Assembly (NCBI GenBank): GCA_021513715.1
Contig: CP084167.1
Span: 2,656,001-2,720,000 of the forward strand
DNA from: Candidatus Heimdallarchaeum endolithica
GTDB taxonomy: Archaea; Asgardarchaeota; Heimdallarchaeia; Heimdallarchaeales; Heimdallarchaeaceae
Length of the DNA: 64,000 nucleotides
Reading direction: 5' to 3'
The notes under the pieces were generated by a model. That model was not told where the DNA came from. It did not search any database and saw nothing but the letters and a program-made list of their open reading frames with translations. This document shows positions 19,570 through 28,904 of the stretch, one piece after another; position 1 is the first letter of the stretch; each line of letters begins with the position of its first letter. The position numbers and the translations under genes were made by a program.

Positions 19570-20580
19570 TTAAATATAAAGCACGTTGTTCAGAATAATG
19601 TAAACAAAGTAAATAACTATATTTGAAATCCATAGGGCCCATGCAAGATTCTTTTTCCATTCAAAGATATAATTTCCATCAGATAATGGAAATAAAGGCA
19701 TAGAATGAAAAACGAGAAAACCAAAAATAAATACAACTAAAGCGCTTGAAAATGAATATAAAGCAATGATAAAACTAGACGCAGGATAAAAGACTCGTAA
19801 CAAAGTAAAAATAGCTGCTATAATTTCCCACCCAAGTAACCATGTAACACCCGCTAAAGCTGTTATTCCATATTCCCTTCTTACAGGGTTGATATCATTT
19901 AAATGAATGATGTTTCCTTGTGTTCTTCTAAATAATCTTTTTTTGAGGATAAGTATTGATGGAGGTAATATGAGAACAGGAAAAACAATTGAAAGTAATG
20001 ATATCAAGAATGCTTGTAACCACATAGCGTTTTTCACACTTACTCCAACTCTTTTACCTACAACATAGTGTATCAGTTCATGAAGTGAGTAAGTTACACC
20101 AATTCCAATGAAAATTATAGGTAAAATAATGAGAATTGTATTCCTGTAGAATCTGAGGTTAACTGTGAAATATAATGAAAGAATAAGTGAAATGAAAATT
20201 GTGGGAATTAGAACGTTAAAGAAATTTTTTTCGAATGCATAAAGAGTGAAAAAAGCAGATCTTGCTAGAAATCTATCCTTTTTTTCAAAGTAAGAAGATG
20301 TACGTTTAACTCTTTTGCTTGAAGTATCGATAGGAAATATTTTCTCTTTTTTTTCTTCTGTTATAGTCTTTACTGGAGTAGAAGCTCTGCTAATCTTTGA
20401 CTTTTTGTATTCATCAGATTGAAAATAGTTTAATTTTACACAATTATGCTGTTCTGGAAGTCGGTGTTTTGAGCAATAGTAATTACCACAAAGTTTGCAC
20501 TTAAAAGGCAACATTTCTTCTTCATTATTACAGTTTGGATATGAGCACCTGGTTTTTGTTATTTTAGTCACCCTCTTCAT
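19570..20580 (-). CDS. Second AN1 zinc finger + M50-like membrane protease paralogue
   Basis: CSYPNC..CKLC..YCSKH..HNC; HELIH; ALAG; MPLFPLSDG. Confidence 0.8.
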   Translation of the reverse strand: MKRVTKITKTRCSYPNCNNEEEMLPFKCKLCGNYYCSKHRLPEQHNCVKLNYFQSDEYKKSKISRASTPVKTITEEKKEKIFPIDTSSKRVKRTSSYFEKKDRFLARSAFFTLYAFEKNFFNVLIPTIFISLILSLYFTVNLRFYRNTILIILPIIFIGIGVTYSLHELIHYVVGKRVGVSVKNAMWLQAFLISLLSIVFPVLILPPSILILKKRLFRRTQGNIIHLNDINPVRREYGITALAGVTWLLGWEIIAAIFTLLRVFYPASSFIIALYSFSSALVVFIFGFLVFHSMPLFPLSDGNYIFEWKKNLAWALWISNIVIYFVYIILNNVLYI

Positions 20581-21808
20581 CGTCGTTTTTTAGAGTGATT
20601 TCGCAAATGCGATGCTCTGTTTTTTCTAAAGAAATATCTGTTTTACATGTTTCAGTTATCCATTTCTCACAATCATTACACATTATATTGTCAGGATGTT
20701 TCCAGAACCCACAAACAAGTAAAAACTTTTCCTCGTCAAAATAGAAGTCATTTATAAAACTACACTTGTTAAAAAGTTGAATTAGTCTTATCATTGGGTC
20801 AAGTTCGTAGTATATATCTCTTCCAATTTCTTGATTAATTAATTCAATTGTTTTTTCTCTTTCTTTCAATCCCATTTCTCTTATTGCTTGAGTACTTGCG
20901 TGAACAGCTTGTTCTCTTCCTGCTCCTTCTCTGCTAATCTGGAAAAGACATTCTTGAATATAACTATATTCTGAAGCACAGCGTGTTTCTTCACAGAAAA
21001 TTTTATCTTCAAATATGCGTGAAAAAATTGTTTCTAACATCCCTTCTATAAACGAACAAGTTTTTGTAGCAATAACTCCTAAAGAATCTGTCCAAATAGA
21101 ATTTCTAACAGCTATTGAGGCTACTTTCTCTTCTGGGTCAAAATGCATAAGTGAAAATTTGCCCCATCTAGCAACGATAGGTGATTTTAAAATATCTGTA
21201 ATTTTATCTCTGGGTTTTTTAGCACTGTTAATATTGATAGTCTGGATGATTCTTTTTCCTACTTCCTTACCGATTTTATCTAGAACTTGTGATATAGGAT
21301 CTTCCTCACCTTCAAATTGTCCATAAAATATCATTTGTAAAAGGGTAGTAACCTTATCTCTGAGATCTCTTAAAGTTGTAGCCAAAAAAGGAAATTCTTC
21401 AAGAGTGGGGGAAGTAAAATTAACAACGTTCAACAATTCAGGAGATTCTTTTAATTTTGTTATAGATTTTTCCATCTCATCTTCAGTTGAAGAAATCATC
21501 AAATATTCTGTAATTGTTGGGTCGAATATAACAACTGAGAGCATAAATTCTTCTTTTCCACCTCTCGCAAGAGGGTTGGGGACAGAGAAAAACATACTTG
21601 AGTAAACTACATTTACCATTGCGTTGACAAAGGCTTTCATCTCTTGTAAAAAATTAAAATCCATCAGTCTAGTAAGACTAGCAGTAATTCTGTCGTCTTT
21701 AATTTCTGCTATGTGAAAAAGAAGACGAGGACCTAATCGTTGGTCAAAGTGAAAAAGCATCACGTTTATTCTGTCTAAAAGATCTTTAGGTTCACTCATA
21801 TTCTCCAA
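20564..21808 (-). CDS. Longin/uDENN-like domain fused to a V4R domain
   Basis: N-terminal LFHFDQRLGP motif typical of uDENN/longin folds; central WGKF..VRNS..CSFIEG..CEETRC..CLF of V4R; Cys-containing C-terminal region. Confidence 0.65.
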   Translation of the reverse strand: MENMSEPKDLLDRINVMLFHFDQRLGPRLLFHIAEIKDDRITASLTRLMDFNFLQEMKAFVNAMVNVVYSSMFFSVPNPLARGGKEEFMLSVVIFDPTITEYLMISSTEDEMEKSITKLKESPELLNVVNFTSPTLEEFPFLATTLRDLRDKVTTLLQMIFYGQFEGEEDPISQVLDKIGKEVGKRIIQTININSAKKPRDKITDILKSPIVARWGKFSLMHFDPEEKVASIAVRNSIWTDSLGVIATKTCSFIEGMLETIFSRIFEDKIFCEETRCASEYSYIQECLFQISREGAGREQAVHASTQAIREMGLKEREKTIELINQEIGRDIYYELDPMIRLIQLFNKCSFINDFYFDEEKFLLVCGFWKHPDNIMCNDCEKWITETCKTDISLEKTEHRICEITLKNDDEEGD

Positions 21809-21843
21809 CTTTCAAATGATTAATATCATACTTCTTTTGCTGT

Positions 21844-22884
21844 TTATAGTTTTTTTGTATAGAGATATCCTATTGCAAATGCAGGGCTAAACTCAACTGA
21901 AATAAAATCACTACCTTTTCCTATTTTAATATTTGTAAATTCCTCATCTTGAGATAGATAATCAAATAATAAGTCTGCGCCTATTCCGAAAAGGACTATT
22001 TTATCAAGTTCATAAGCTTTAAGTTTTTGTATGATCGAGTTTTTAATTATTGCTAATATTTTTTGAATAAGAGCACTAGTTATTTTTTGTAAAAATTCCA
22101 TGTTGTTCTTATAATCAGAAATACAGAACATTCTACTTACGTTCCGATAAGCATTTTCTTTAATTTGATCTAAGGTTAGGTTTGAATCAGTTTGAGAAGT
22201 ATGCAAATCATTTGAAATAAAGAAGAGATCAGTTGTCTTAGCATGAGGAAAAGAAGGAAGGTAAAACTGTTTATCATCAAAAACAAAAGGATTTTCAATA
22301 TTGGCTAAATTAGTTTCTAGAGTTCCAATAAACAACAGTTCATCATTTAGCATTCTGTCGTAGTTGTTTTTTGAATTAGAAGCGTATTTTCCCTCTTTTA
22401 TTGGTGTTAATGAAAAAGTCCTAGTTGAGAATTCAATCGCTAAAAAATCTTCTTTGACAAAGTCAAAAGCTGCTTCAGCTAAAGCTTTCCAACCTGCAGA
22501 TACAACCTTAGAAGGTGTTTTTACTGCTTCAGAGGGAGAAAGAAATGAATTATCCAAGGAGTAGTAACTTACATTCTGTACATATTTATTAACAATTTTA
22601 CCAATAAATTCTACAGCTTCTTGATCAGAATCAAAAACTTGCTCTGCAGTAGTTGTTACTATGAAATCCCTAATTCCAAAGTCACTGTACGAACGCAGAA
22701 GAGATTTAATAAAGGTTTCAAATTCATCTCTTTTATCATATAGTGAAAAAAGAATTCTCTGATAACTTAAAGGTGAATCAGGTTGAGAAGGATCTATCAC
22801 ACAAATTTTCTGTGTTGTGATCCCAATATCTAAGACGGCAATAGCTTTTTTTGAGGTAAAAAAAGCAGAATTTGTAGTGTTCAT
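21844..22884 (-). CDS. Hydantoinase/oxoprolinase-family (MfnF-like) protein, divergent
   Basis: LDIG, TTTAE, SAGW.A, EFSTRTFSLTPI (cf. DxGSTTTDIIPI), DRM..ELLFIG. Confidence 0.6.
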   Translation of the reverse strand: MNTTNSAFFTSKKAIAVLDIGITTQKICVIDPSQPDSPLSYQRILFSLYDKRDEFETFIKSLLRSYSDFGIRDFIVTTTAEQVFDSDQEAVEFIGKIVNKYVQNVSYYSLDNSFLSPSEAVKTPSKVVSAGWKALAEAAFDFVKEDFLAIEFSTRTFSLTPIKEGKYASNSKNNYDRMLNDELLFIGTLETNLANIENPFVFDDKQFYLPSFPHAKTTDLFFISNDLHTSQTDSNLTLDQIKENAYRNVSRMFCISDYKNNMEFLQKITSALIQKILAIIKNSIIQKLKAYELDKIVLFGIGADLLFDYLSQDEEFTNIKIGKGSDFISVEFSPAFAIGYLYTKKL

Positions 22885-22962
22885 TTATATTTCTCCTTAA
22901 CTTTATTTTAAAATGATATACACATTACTTAAAATAAGTTTTTGTTTAGTCTTTTTATTTTT

Positions 22963-23607
22963 TCATCTATTTCTAAAGAAGACTCCTTCTGGCTCCTCCT
23001 CCTCTTGTTCTATTTTTGCCTTTTTCAGTTTTTTTTCATTAACTTTAATATTCTTTAAGTAGGTTTTATCTCCAACTAATTTTGCCTTAGGATATATGTT
23101 AGAAATTACTTGACAAACTTCAGCTAGTTTTGCATCTTCTATATATTCTCCTAAGAAAAACTCTTTTCCTTCTCTGGAATAAATGAGAATCATACCTTTG
23201 TTTTTATATTTTCGAAGATCCAGTGATAATTTTCTAGGTATTTTTGACATCCCATATCTTCTTATCTCAACGAGAGGTAAATCATTCTTTCTTATTTTGA
23301 ACCCTGTTACAAGCATTGGTGTGGATCTATATATTAAATGTTTATCTTTTGTTATTTGAATAAAATCACGAGGATAAGATATTTCTTTAAACAAACGATT
23401 AATAAAAATGATTGAAGGTATGGTAATTACAACGATAGCTATTACCCAATCGCCTATATTTTCAGATTTAAAATAAATAATTGTTGCAATAAATGCTCCT
23501 ATCATTATTAATGTTGAAACAAGGTTAAGAACAAAATCTTTCCAACCAAATCTCTTCGCTTGAACTTTAAGTAGTACTTCATCTTCTTTTTTTACCATTT
23601 TAATCAC
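22963..23607 (-). CDS. Two-TM membrane protein with soluble C-terminal domain
   Basis: 214 aa ORF, two hydrophobic helices, overlaps the upstream stop (operon). Confidence 0.65.
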   Translation of the reverse strand: MIKMVKKEDEVLLKVQAKRFGWKDFVLNLVSTLIMIGAFIATIIYFKSENIGDWVIAIVVITIPSIIFINRLFKEISYPRDFIQITKDKHLIYRSTPMLVTGFKIRKNDLPLVEIRRYGMSKIPRKLSLDLRKYKNKGMILIYSREGKEFFLGEYIEDAKLAEVCQVISNIYPKAKLVGDKTYLKNIKVNEKKLKKAKIEQEEEEPEGVFFRNR

Positions 23608-24596
23608 AATTTCCTGTTAAAATCATTAATCAATTTCACAATAAGGTCTAAACTTTCATCTTCTACCCCAAGAGGAATTACACAACCTGGAGCTAAAATG
23701 TTCCTTTTAATTTGTTTGGTTACCTCTAAACTTTCTCTGATATTGCTAATTATTGCTTCCTTATCTCCCTCGACAAGCTTTTCCTCATTAATTCCAGAAA
23801 GGAAACCCTTTTTTGTAATTTTACTTGCTTCTAAAAGAGAAGGCCATGTAAGTTGATCATGCCAATTATATGCATGGGTTATTATCCTTTCTGTTGCTTT
23901 TTTGAAGAGAATATCTTCTCCATGTATGTGCAATACAGTTAAAGGAGTGTTTTTTCTCACCCTTTTTATCAACTTTTCAATAAAATATAACTCAAATTTG
24001 TTTATTTCCTTAGCTGTTAATGAGATGGTTCTTAAATGCTGGGATGCAATAAACAATCCATCAGCTCCAAAATCAAGAGATGCCATAGAAAACTCTGAAA
24101 TAACCTTATAAAGAATGTTCAACACTTCAAAAATAGTTTTTGGTTCTTTCTTTATGTGCTCTTCTATATTCCTATCTAGCTTTGAAGCAACCATTAATGG
24201 GCTAAAAATTGTATTAATTTTGGGTAAAAATTCCAGTTTTCTATTTATTAATTCAACTGCGCGAAGTTGTTTGCCAAATTCTCCATCATTTACATCAACT
24301 TGTTCAATATTTTCCCAATCTTCGATTTTTGTTATTACAGGATTAGCACATCTTGTTGAACCACTTATAGGATCATATTCATCAGCTATTTTACATCCAA
24401 AATCGATGCAAGGATAACGTCCATGAAGAGAAATTTTCATTAAATCGAAGTTGAAACGATTGTAATAGTTAATATGGGCTTTAGCCAATTTTTCTGGATC
24501 AAGATCGAGTAAAGGAAAATGGCGCCAAAAAGAAAAAAGAATTTTTTCATCATTTAGTCCAGAAAATGTGTCAAGAACGAGTTGTAATTTGTCCAT
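23604..24596 (-). CDS. Uroporphyrinogen decarboxylase-family (URO-D/MtaA-like) protein
   Basis: FWRHF, FDLMK, TIFSP, GADGLF, LHIHG, ILAPGC. Confidence 0.8.
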   Translation of the reverse strand: MDKLQLVLDTFSGLNDEKILFSFWRHFPLLDLDPEKLAKAHINYYNRFNFDLMKISLHGRYPCIDFGCKIADEYDPISGSTRCANPVITKIEDWENIEQVDVNDGEFGKQLRAVELINRKLEFLPKINTIFSPLMVASKLDRNIEEHIKKEPKTIFEVLNILYKVISEFSMASLDFGADGLFIASQHLRTISLTAKEINKFELYFIEKLIKRVRKNTPLTVLHIHGEDILFKKATERIITHAYNWHDQLTWPSLLEASKITKKGFLSGINEEKLVEGDKEAIISNIRESLEVTKQIKRNILAPGCVIPLGVEDESLDLIVKLINDFNRKL

Positions 24597-25148
24597 CTAG
24601 AAATCCCTCGGCTTACATAATAGTTCTCTCATCTGTAGTTCGAAGAATGTATTTGTATGAGCAGGTTTAACTACCCATGCAGTATCTGCACCACTTCCTG
24701 TTCCACCAACAGAAATTACGTCCTCCATTTTAATTAGTCCGGCATCAGCAGCCATTAGAACTATTTCTGCTACAACCTTTGTTCCTTGACCAAAAATACG
24801 AAGGGTTTCAGCTATTAACTCTGAAATTTGCCAAGTACCATGTTTTTTTCGAATTGCTCTGTCAACTCCAGCTAAAGCATGAGTTGCAGTTAAAACTTCA
24901 ACACCTTTTTCTTTTAATGATTCAATTACTTCTTTAGAAATCTCCATCTCTCCTGGATTGCGAAAGCCTGCTTGATGTGTAACTGCAATAATTCTAGCAT
25001 TTTTAACGTTTTCTGCAGCATACAACGCTGTTTGACCCCTTGTGGTTGCCACAATAACTGTGTCAATTGAGCTCTCTTTTAGTTTTTGATTAACGAGTTC
25101 AAATACTTGCTCTGAATAATCTCCTGGTGTTTCAAAATACACTGTCAT
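24597..25148 (-). CDS. Pyruvate kinase alpha/beta-domain (stand-alone PK_C) protein
   Basis: VATTRGQTA, VTHQAGF, GQGTKV..EI..MAADAG, GGTGSGADTA. Confidence 0.85.
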   Translation of the reverse strand: MTVYFETPGDYSEQVFELVNQKLKESSIDTVIVATTRGQTALYAAENVKNARIIAVTHQAGFRNPGEMEISKEVIESLKEKGVEVLTATHALAGVDRAIRKKHGTWQISELIAETLRIFGQGTKVVAEIVLMAADAGLIKMEDVISVGGTGSGADTAWVVKPAHTNTFFELQMRELLCKPRDF

Positions 25149-25241
25149 TAAATAAAATAAAAAAAATTGTTTTATAAAGTTTTTATAAAAATATCTTTGT
25201 TTCTGAGAAGATATATAAATAACTATTTTATTAGTTAAATT

Positions 25242-25658
25242 GTGGTAAATGTGTCGATGACATTCGAAATTAATGAAGCAAAGTATAATCCTTTGAAATT
25301 ATCAGTCAAAAAAATAATCATACCTAAAGGGCAAGAAGAAATTATTGATAGGTTAAAGGGTTGTATTTCTGCAGCATTAATAGGTTTATCAAAAGAAGTA
25401 ATTTACACACTTTTAGTATTAGCAAAACGTGAGTGGGAGAAAGCAAATATGAAACCATTGAATGATTTCAGATTTATGCATGTCAATGAAAGAATCAAAG
25501 CATTTGATAGTATGATAAAAACTTTCATAGTCCATTTAAACTCCGTTTTAATATCTCCATTAGATGAGAGTCAACAAGCATTTCTCAGAAAAAATGCTCT
25601 TACAAACTATAAAGATATTCTGGAAACAGAAGGTTATGTTGTCACGTATGAAATTTGA
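25242..25658 (+). CDS. Hypothetical protein
   Basis: 138 aa ORF; no family recognised. Confidence 0.6.
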   Translation: MVNVSMTFEINEAKYNPLKLSVKKIIIPKGQEEIIDRLKGCISAALIGLSKEVIYTLLVLAKREWEKANMKPLNDFRFMHVNERIKAFDSMIKTFIVHLNSVLISPLDESQQAFLRKNALTNYKDILETEGYVVTYEI

Positions 25659-25755
25659 TTTAAAAAAACTTTGAGCTATTTGTTGCTCAAATCTATTAAA
25701 AGATAAATACTAGAATTTGGGAAAAGCATAAATAATAAATTTCTTTCAAAATTGT

Positions 25756-28374
25756 ATGAAAGTAAAGAAATTTATGTTATTTTTAGTTATCCTATCTATT
25801 CTAACGCTAAATTTCGCAGTTTTACAAAGTAAAGCTGATTCTCCGCAAAATATTCTAATCTTATCAGAAATAATAGATGATTCTATTAAGGATAGATTTC
25901 AACTTGATCCTTCATTTTCTATAACTATTCAGTCTCAACTCCCAAGTTCTCTTGATAATTATGCTGGGATAATTTTGTATGACTATGCACCTAAAAGTTC
26001 TGAATATGAACAAATTCTAACTTTTTCTGGTGGTATCGCTAGTTTCGTTGGTACCTCATTATTGTCTAATAGTTCAATTTTACTTGCTCTAAATATGATA
26101 TCTGACTCTGTAGGAGAATTGATAAATTCTACAGCTCTTCCAGAACCATTAGATTCAAAATCTGAACATCAACTAATAGCTAACATTAGATGGAATTCAG
26201 TTGTTCAAATTAGGAATTTTACAAATTTAGCTTTAGCAAATACAATTCTTATAGAGACCTCTTCTGAAAGTGAAACACCGAATGTTCCATTGGTCAGCGT
26301 TAATAATGATGATTCGCGTATTGCTATTAATTTTCTTCCTAGTGAGGAGTCTAATAGCGAATTTATTCAATGGCCTTATTTTAATTACTTCCTAAACATA
26401 ATACTTAATCTAATCTCATTTCAAGAACCACAATCTTACGCAGATTGGCCTTACTCTCCTGTTCCTCATAAATCATCAACAATAGGTTTAGGTTTAATGG
26501 TTTTGCTTACATCAGCTATTACTATTGCTGTTTTTATAATTGTAAAAAAATATTCTAATAGGAACCCTATCAAAAAAGAAGATCTAGAGGAAATAAGCAA
26601 AGAAATCAAAGAAGAAAAAGACTGGGAAGATATTGGAATGCATAGACAGCTTGCAGGTTTCTTTGTTCAATTGTTTATTGGTTTACTTATTATTCTCCCC
26701 AATGTAGTCATGTCTTCTCTTATTTTTCCACTTTATATACTTCCAAGTCCTCAAGCTGCAGGTTTTTATGATTTTACAATAAGATTTTTTGAAGTTTTAT
26801 GGTTAATGTTCGATATTGGTACCTCTGTTGTACTTGTAAAGTTCTTTAGTCAACATAGAGTTAAAAATCCACAACAAGCAGTAAAATATATTCAAATTTT
26901 CATCTATTATCAGATGATCAGTGGAGTTCTCCAACTCTTTTTGGTTTCATTTCTAGGGTCGATCTTCTTCCCTCGTTCTTTTTTGGCTCATCTAAGTTGG
27001 CTTTTTGTAACTCACGCTTTCTTCCAATGGCCAGCGTTTTTTGTTGTTTTCATGCTAATTTTTCAAGCAATGAACAGACATGACTTGTACCAGATTCTAA
27101 ATATTCTCTTATACGGGGTTTTTAATATAACCATTCAGTATTGTGTTATTGTGATTTTTAGATTTACTTTAGGAAAAAATCCAATTTTTGGCGATGGTTT
27201 GGCAGGAGCTATTGGATATAGTGTTGGAAACTATGTAATACAAGTAGTCACATTTCTATTAGGTTTATGGATGTTTAAACGTCAAAAATTCTCTATAAAA
27301 AGCATATTTCGAATAGATTTTTCTATGGCTGAAGTTAAAGAGTCTCTAAGTTTCGGTTTTAAGTGGATGATAGGAAATATTCTTCCTCCGTTAGGTTGGT
27401 TTGCACAAATGTTTCTTCTTTCAACTTTTCTTCCTAACTACACAGAACAACAAGGTTATTTCTCTCTAGCATGGAATTTTGCGTTAATAGTTATGATAGC
27501 TGGACTCTTTGCACAATCAATTTTACCAGGCGTTTCCGAGTCGTACCATGGCAAGAAAAAGATTCTAACAAGATACTACACAGTAAATTCTTTGAAGTGG
27601 GGCGCATATTTTGATTGGTTCTTTGTTTCAGCACTGTTGGCTATTGGACCTCGTTTTATCATTGGAGGAGCAGGGGAAGAATGGGCTTCTGCAGCAGTTA
27701 TTATACGATGGATACTCTTATTCCATTTCTTCGGTTATTTATCGTGGCTTGGTGATTGGATGTTTGCAGGTTCAGATCGTCCTGGATGGGCTGCAATAAG
27801 CTGGGTAATAGAACAAGTAATAAGAACAGGATTGCTGGTTGCGTTCATTCCAGCATATAAATTCTTTACGATTCACTTCAATTCGCCTATGGTTGGAGTA
27901 CTTTTTGCATATATTCCTGCTCTAATTATAAAGAATGCATTTATGTGGTGGGGGATACGTAGAGATGACTTTTTCAAGTTCAGATGGAAAGACCTATGGT
28001 ATCAAGGGGTAGTAACTCCTCTACTTTCTGCTCTAGCATTGTTTGGTGTACTTGAACTACTATTTTCGTTAATTTGGAAAGGTGAAATAATTACATCAGT
28101 CGTAATTCTGTTAATTGGTATAATACCTGGACTTTACCTTTTTGCATTCTTTATGGGACTATTTGGTGGATTCGATGATAACACTTTAGCAGAATTCAAG
28201 AGAAGTACAGATATGGTAAAGGGAGTAGGATTTATGGCTAGACCTCTTTACAAACTTACAGAATGGGGAGCTAAGATTTCTCCCCTTCACAACAGATTCC
28301 CTATTTCTATATATAATAATGCAATTAAAGAAGCAGAAGAATTAACAAAAGAAAAAGCTAAACTTGTAATCTAA
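25756..28374 (+). CDS. MATE/MurJ-like (MOP superfamily) flippase with N-terminal extracellular domain
   Basis: Signal peptide, about 220 aa soluble domain, TM, then 12-14 TM segments with FDIGTS..LVKF and LPGVSESY patterns. Confidence 0.65.
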   Translation: MKVKKFMLFLVILSILTLNFAVLQSKADSPQNILILSEIIDDSIKDRFQLDPSFSITIQSQLPSSLDNYAGIILYDYAPKSSEYEQILTFSGGIASFVGTSLLSNSSILLALNMISDSVGELINSTALPEPLDSKSEHQLIANIRWNSVVQIRNFTNLALANTILIETSSESETPNVPLVSVNNDDSRIAINFLPSEESNSEFIQWPYFNYFLNIILNLISFQEPQSYADWPYSPVPHKSSTIGLGLMVLLTSAITIAVFIIVKKYSNRNPIKKEDLEEISKEIKEEKDWEDIGMHRQLAGFFVQLFIGLLIILPNVVMSSLIFPLYILPSPQAAGFYDFTIRFFEVLWLMFDIGTSVVLVKFFSQHRVKNPQQAVKYIQIFIYYQMISGVLQLFLVSFLGSIFFPRSFLAHLSWLFVTHAFFQWPAFFVVFMLIFQAMNRHDLYQILNILLYGVFNITIQYCVIVIFRFTLGKNPIFGDGLAGAIGYSVGNYVIQVVTFLLGLWMFKRQKFSIKSIFRIDFSMAEVKESLSFGFKWMIGNILPPLGWFAQMFLLSTFLPNYTEQQGYFSLAWNFALIVMIAGLFAQSILPGVSESYHGKKKILTRYYTVNSLKWGAYFDWFFVSALLAIGPRFIIGGAGEEWASAAVIIRWILLFHFFGYLSWLGDWMFAGSDRPGWAAISWVIEQVIRTGLLVAFIPAYKFFTIHFNSPMVGVLFAYIPALIIKNAFMWWGIRRDDFFKFRWKDLWYQGVVTPLLSALALFGVLELLFSLIWKGEIITSVVILLIGIIPGLYLFAFFMGLFGGFDDNTLAEFKRSTDMVKGVGFMARPLYKLTEWGAKISPLHNRFPISIYNNAIKEAEELTKEKAKLVI

Positions 28375-28379
28375 ATCTA

Positions 28380-28853
28380 TTATATCCATTTATTTTTATT
28401 TTTTTTATGTTTCATAATTGTATGTTTTACCCAATTTTCAACTTCTTGGTCTTTCAATAATTCTTCACAATATTCCCAATATTCTCCGGCTAGGAGCCCC
28501 ATAAGAGCTATTTTTTTGAATTTACTAGGCTTTTTAGGTGTTAATACAAACAAAAAAAGATATTTTGCAGCCTTATCTTTTATTTTTTTGATATCAACAT
28601 TATCTGAAAATACTATTTCATCATCACGAATAGTTACAGCTACATCAGAACTCATAGTAGTTAAATTAGCTATCTTAACTAAAGCAAGTAAAGCATAATT
28701 TCGTATCCAATCTATACGAGAAAAAGTTAATGCATGGTGATAAAGAGAAGAAATACAACCATTTTTTATTAGTTCTCGCATGGCCTGTTTTCTCGTTTTG
28801 TCTCCAGATGAGGGTCTTACAATTAACTCATCAAACTCTTTACAATTGTTCAT
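28380..28853 (-). CDS. Hypothetical helical protein
   Basis: 157 aa ORF; no family recognised. Confidence 0.55.
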   Translation of the reverse strand: MNNCKEFDELIVRPSSGDKTRKQAMRELIKNGCISSLYHHALTFSRIDWIRNYALLALVKIANLTTMSSDVAVTIRDDEIVFSDNVDIKKIKDKAAKYLFLFVLTPKKPSKFKKIALMGLLAGEYWEYCEELLKDQEVENWVKHTIMKHKKNKNKWI

Positions 28854-28904
28854 TATTATTAGTTGGTTATTTAAAAAGATAAAAGTTGCTGTGGAATAGC
28901 ATAA

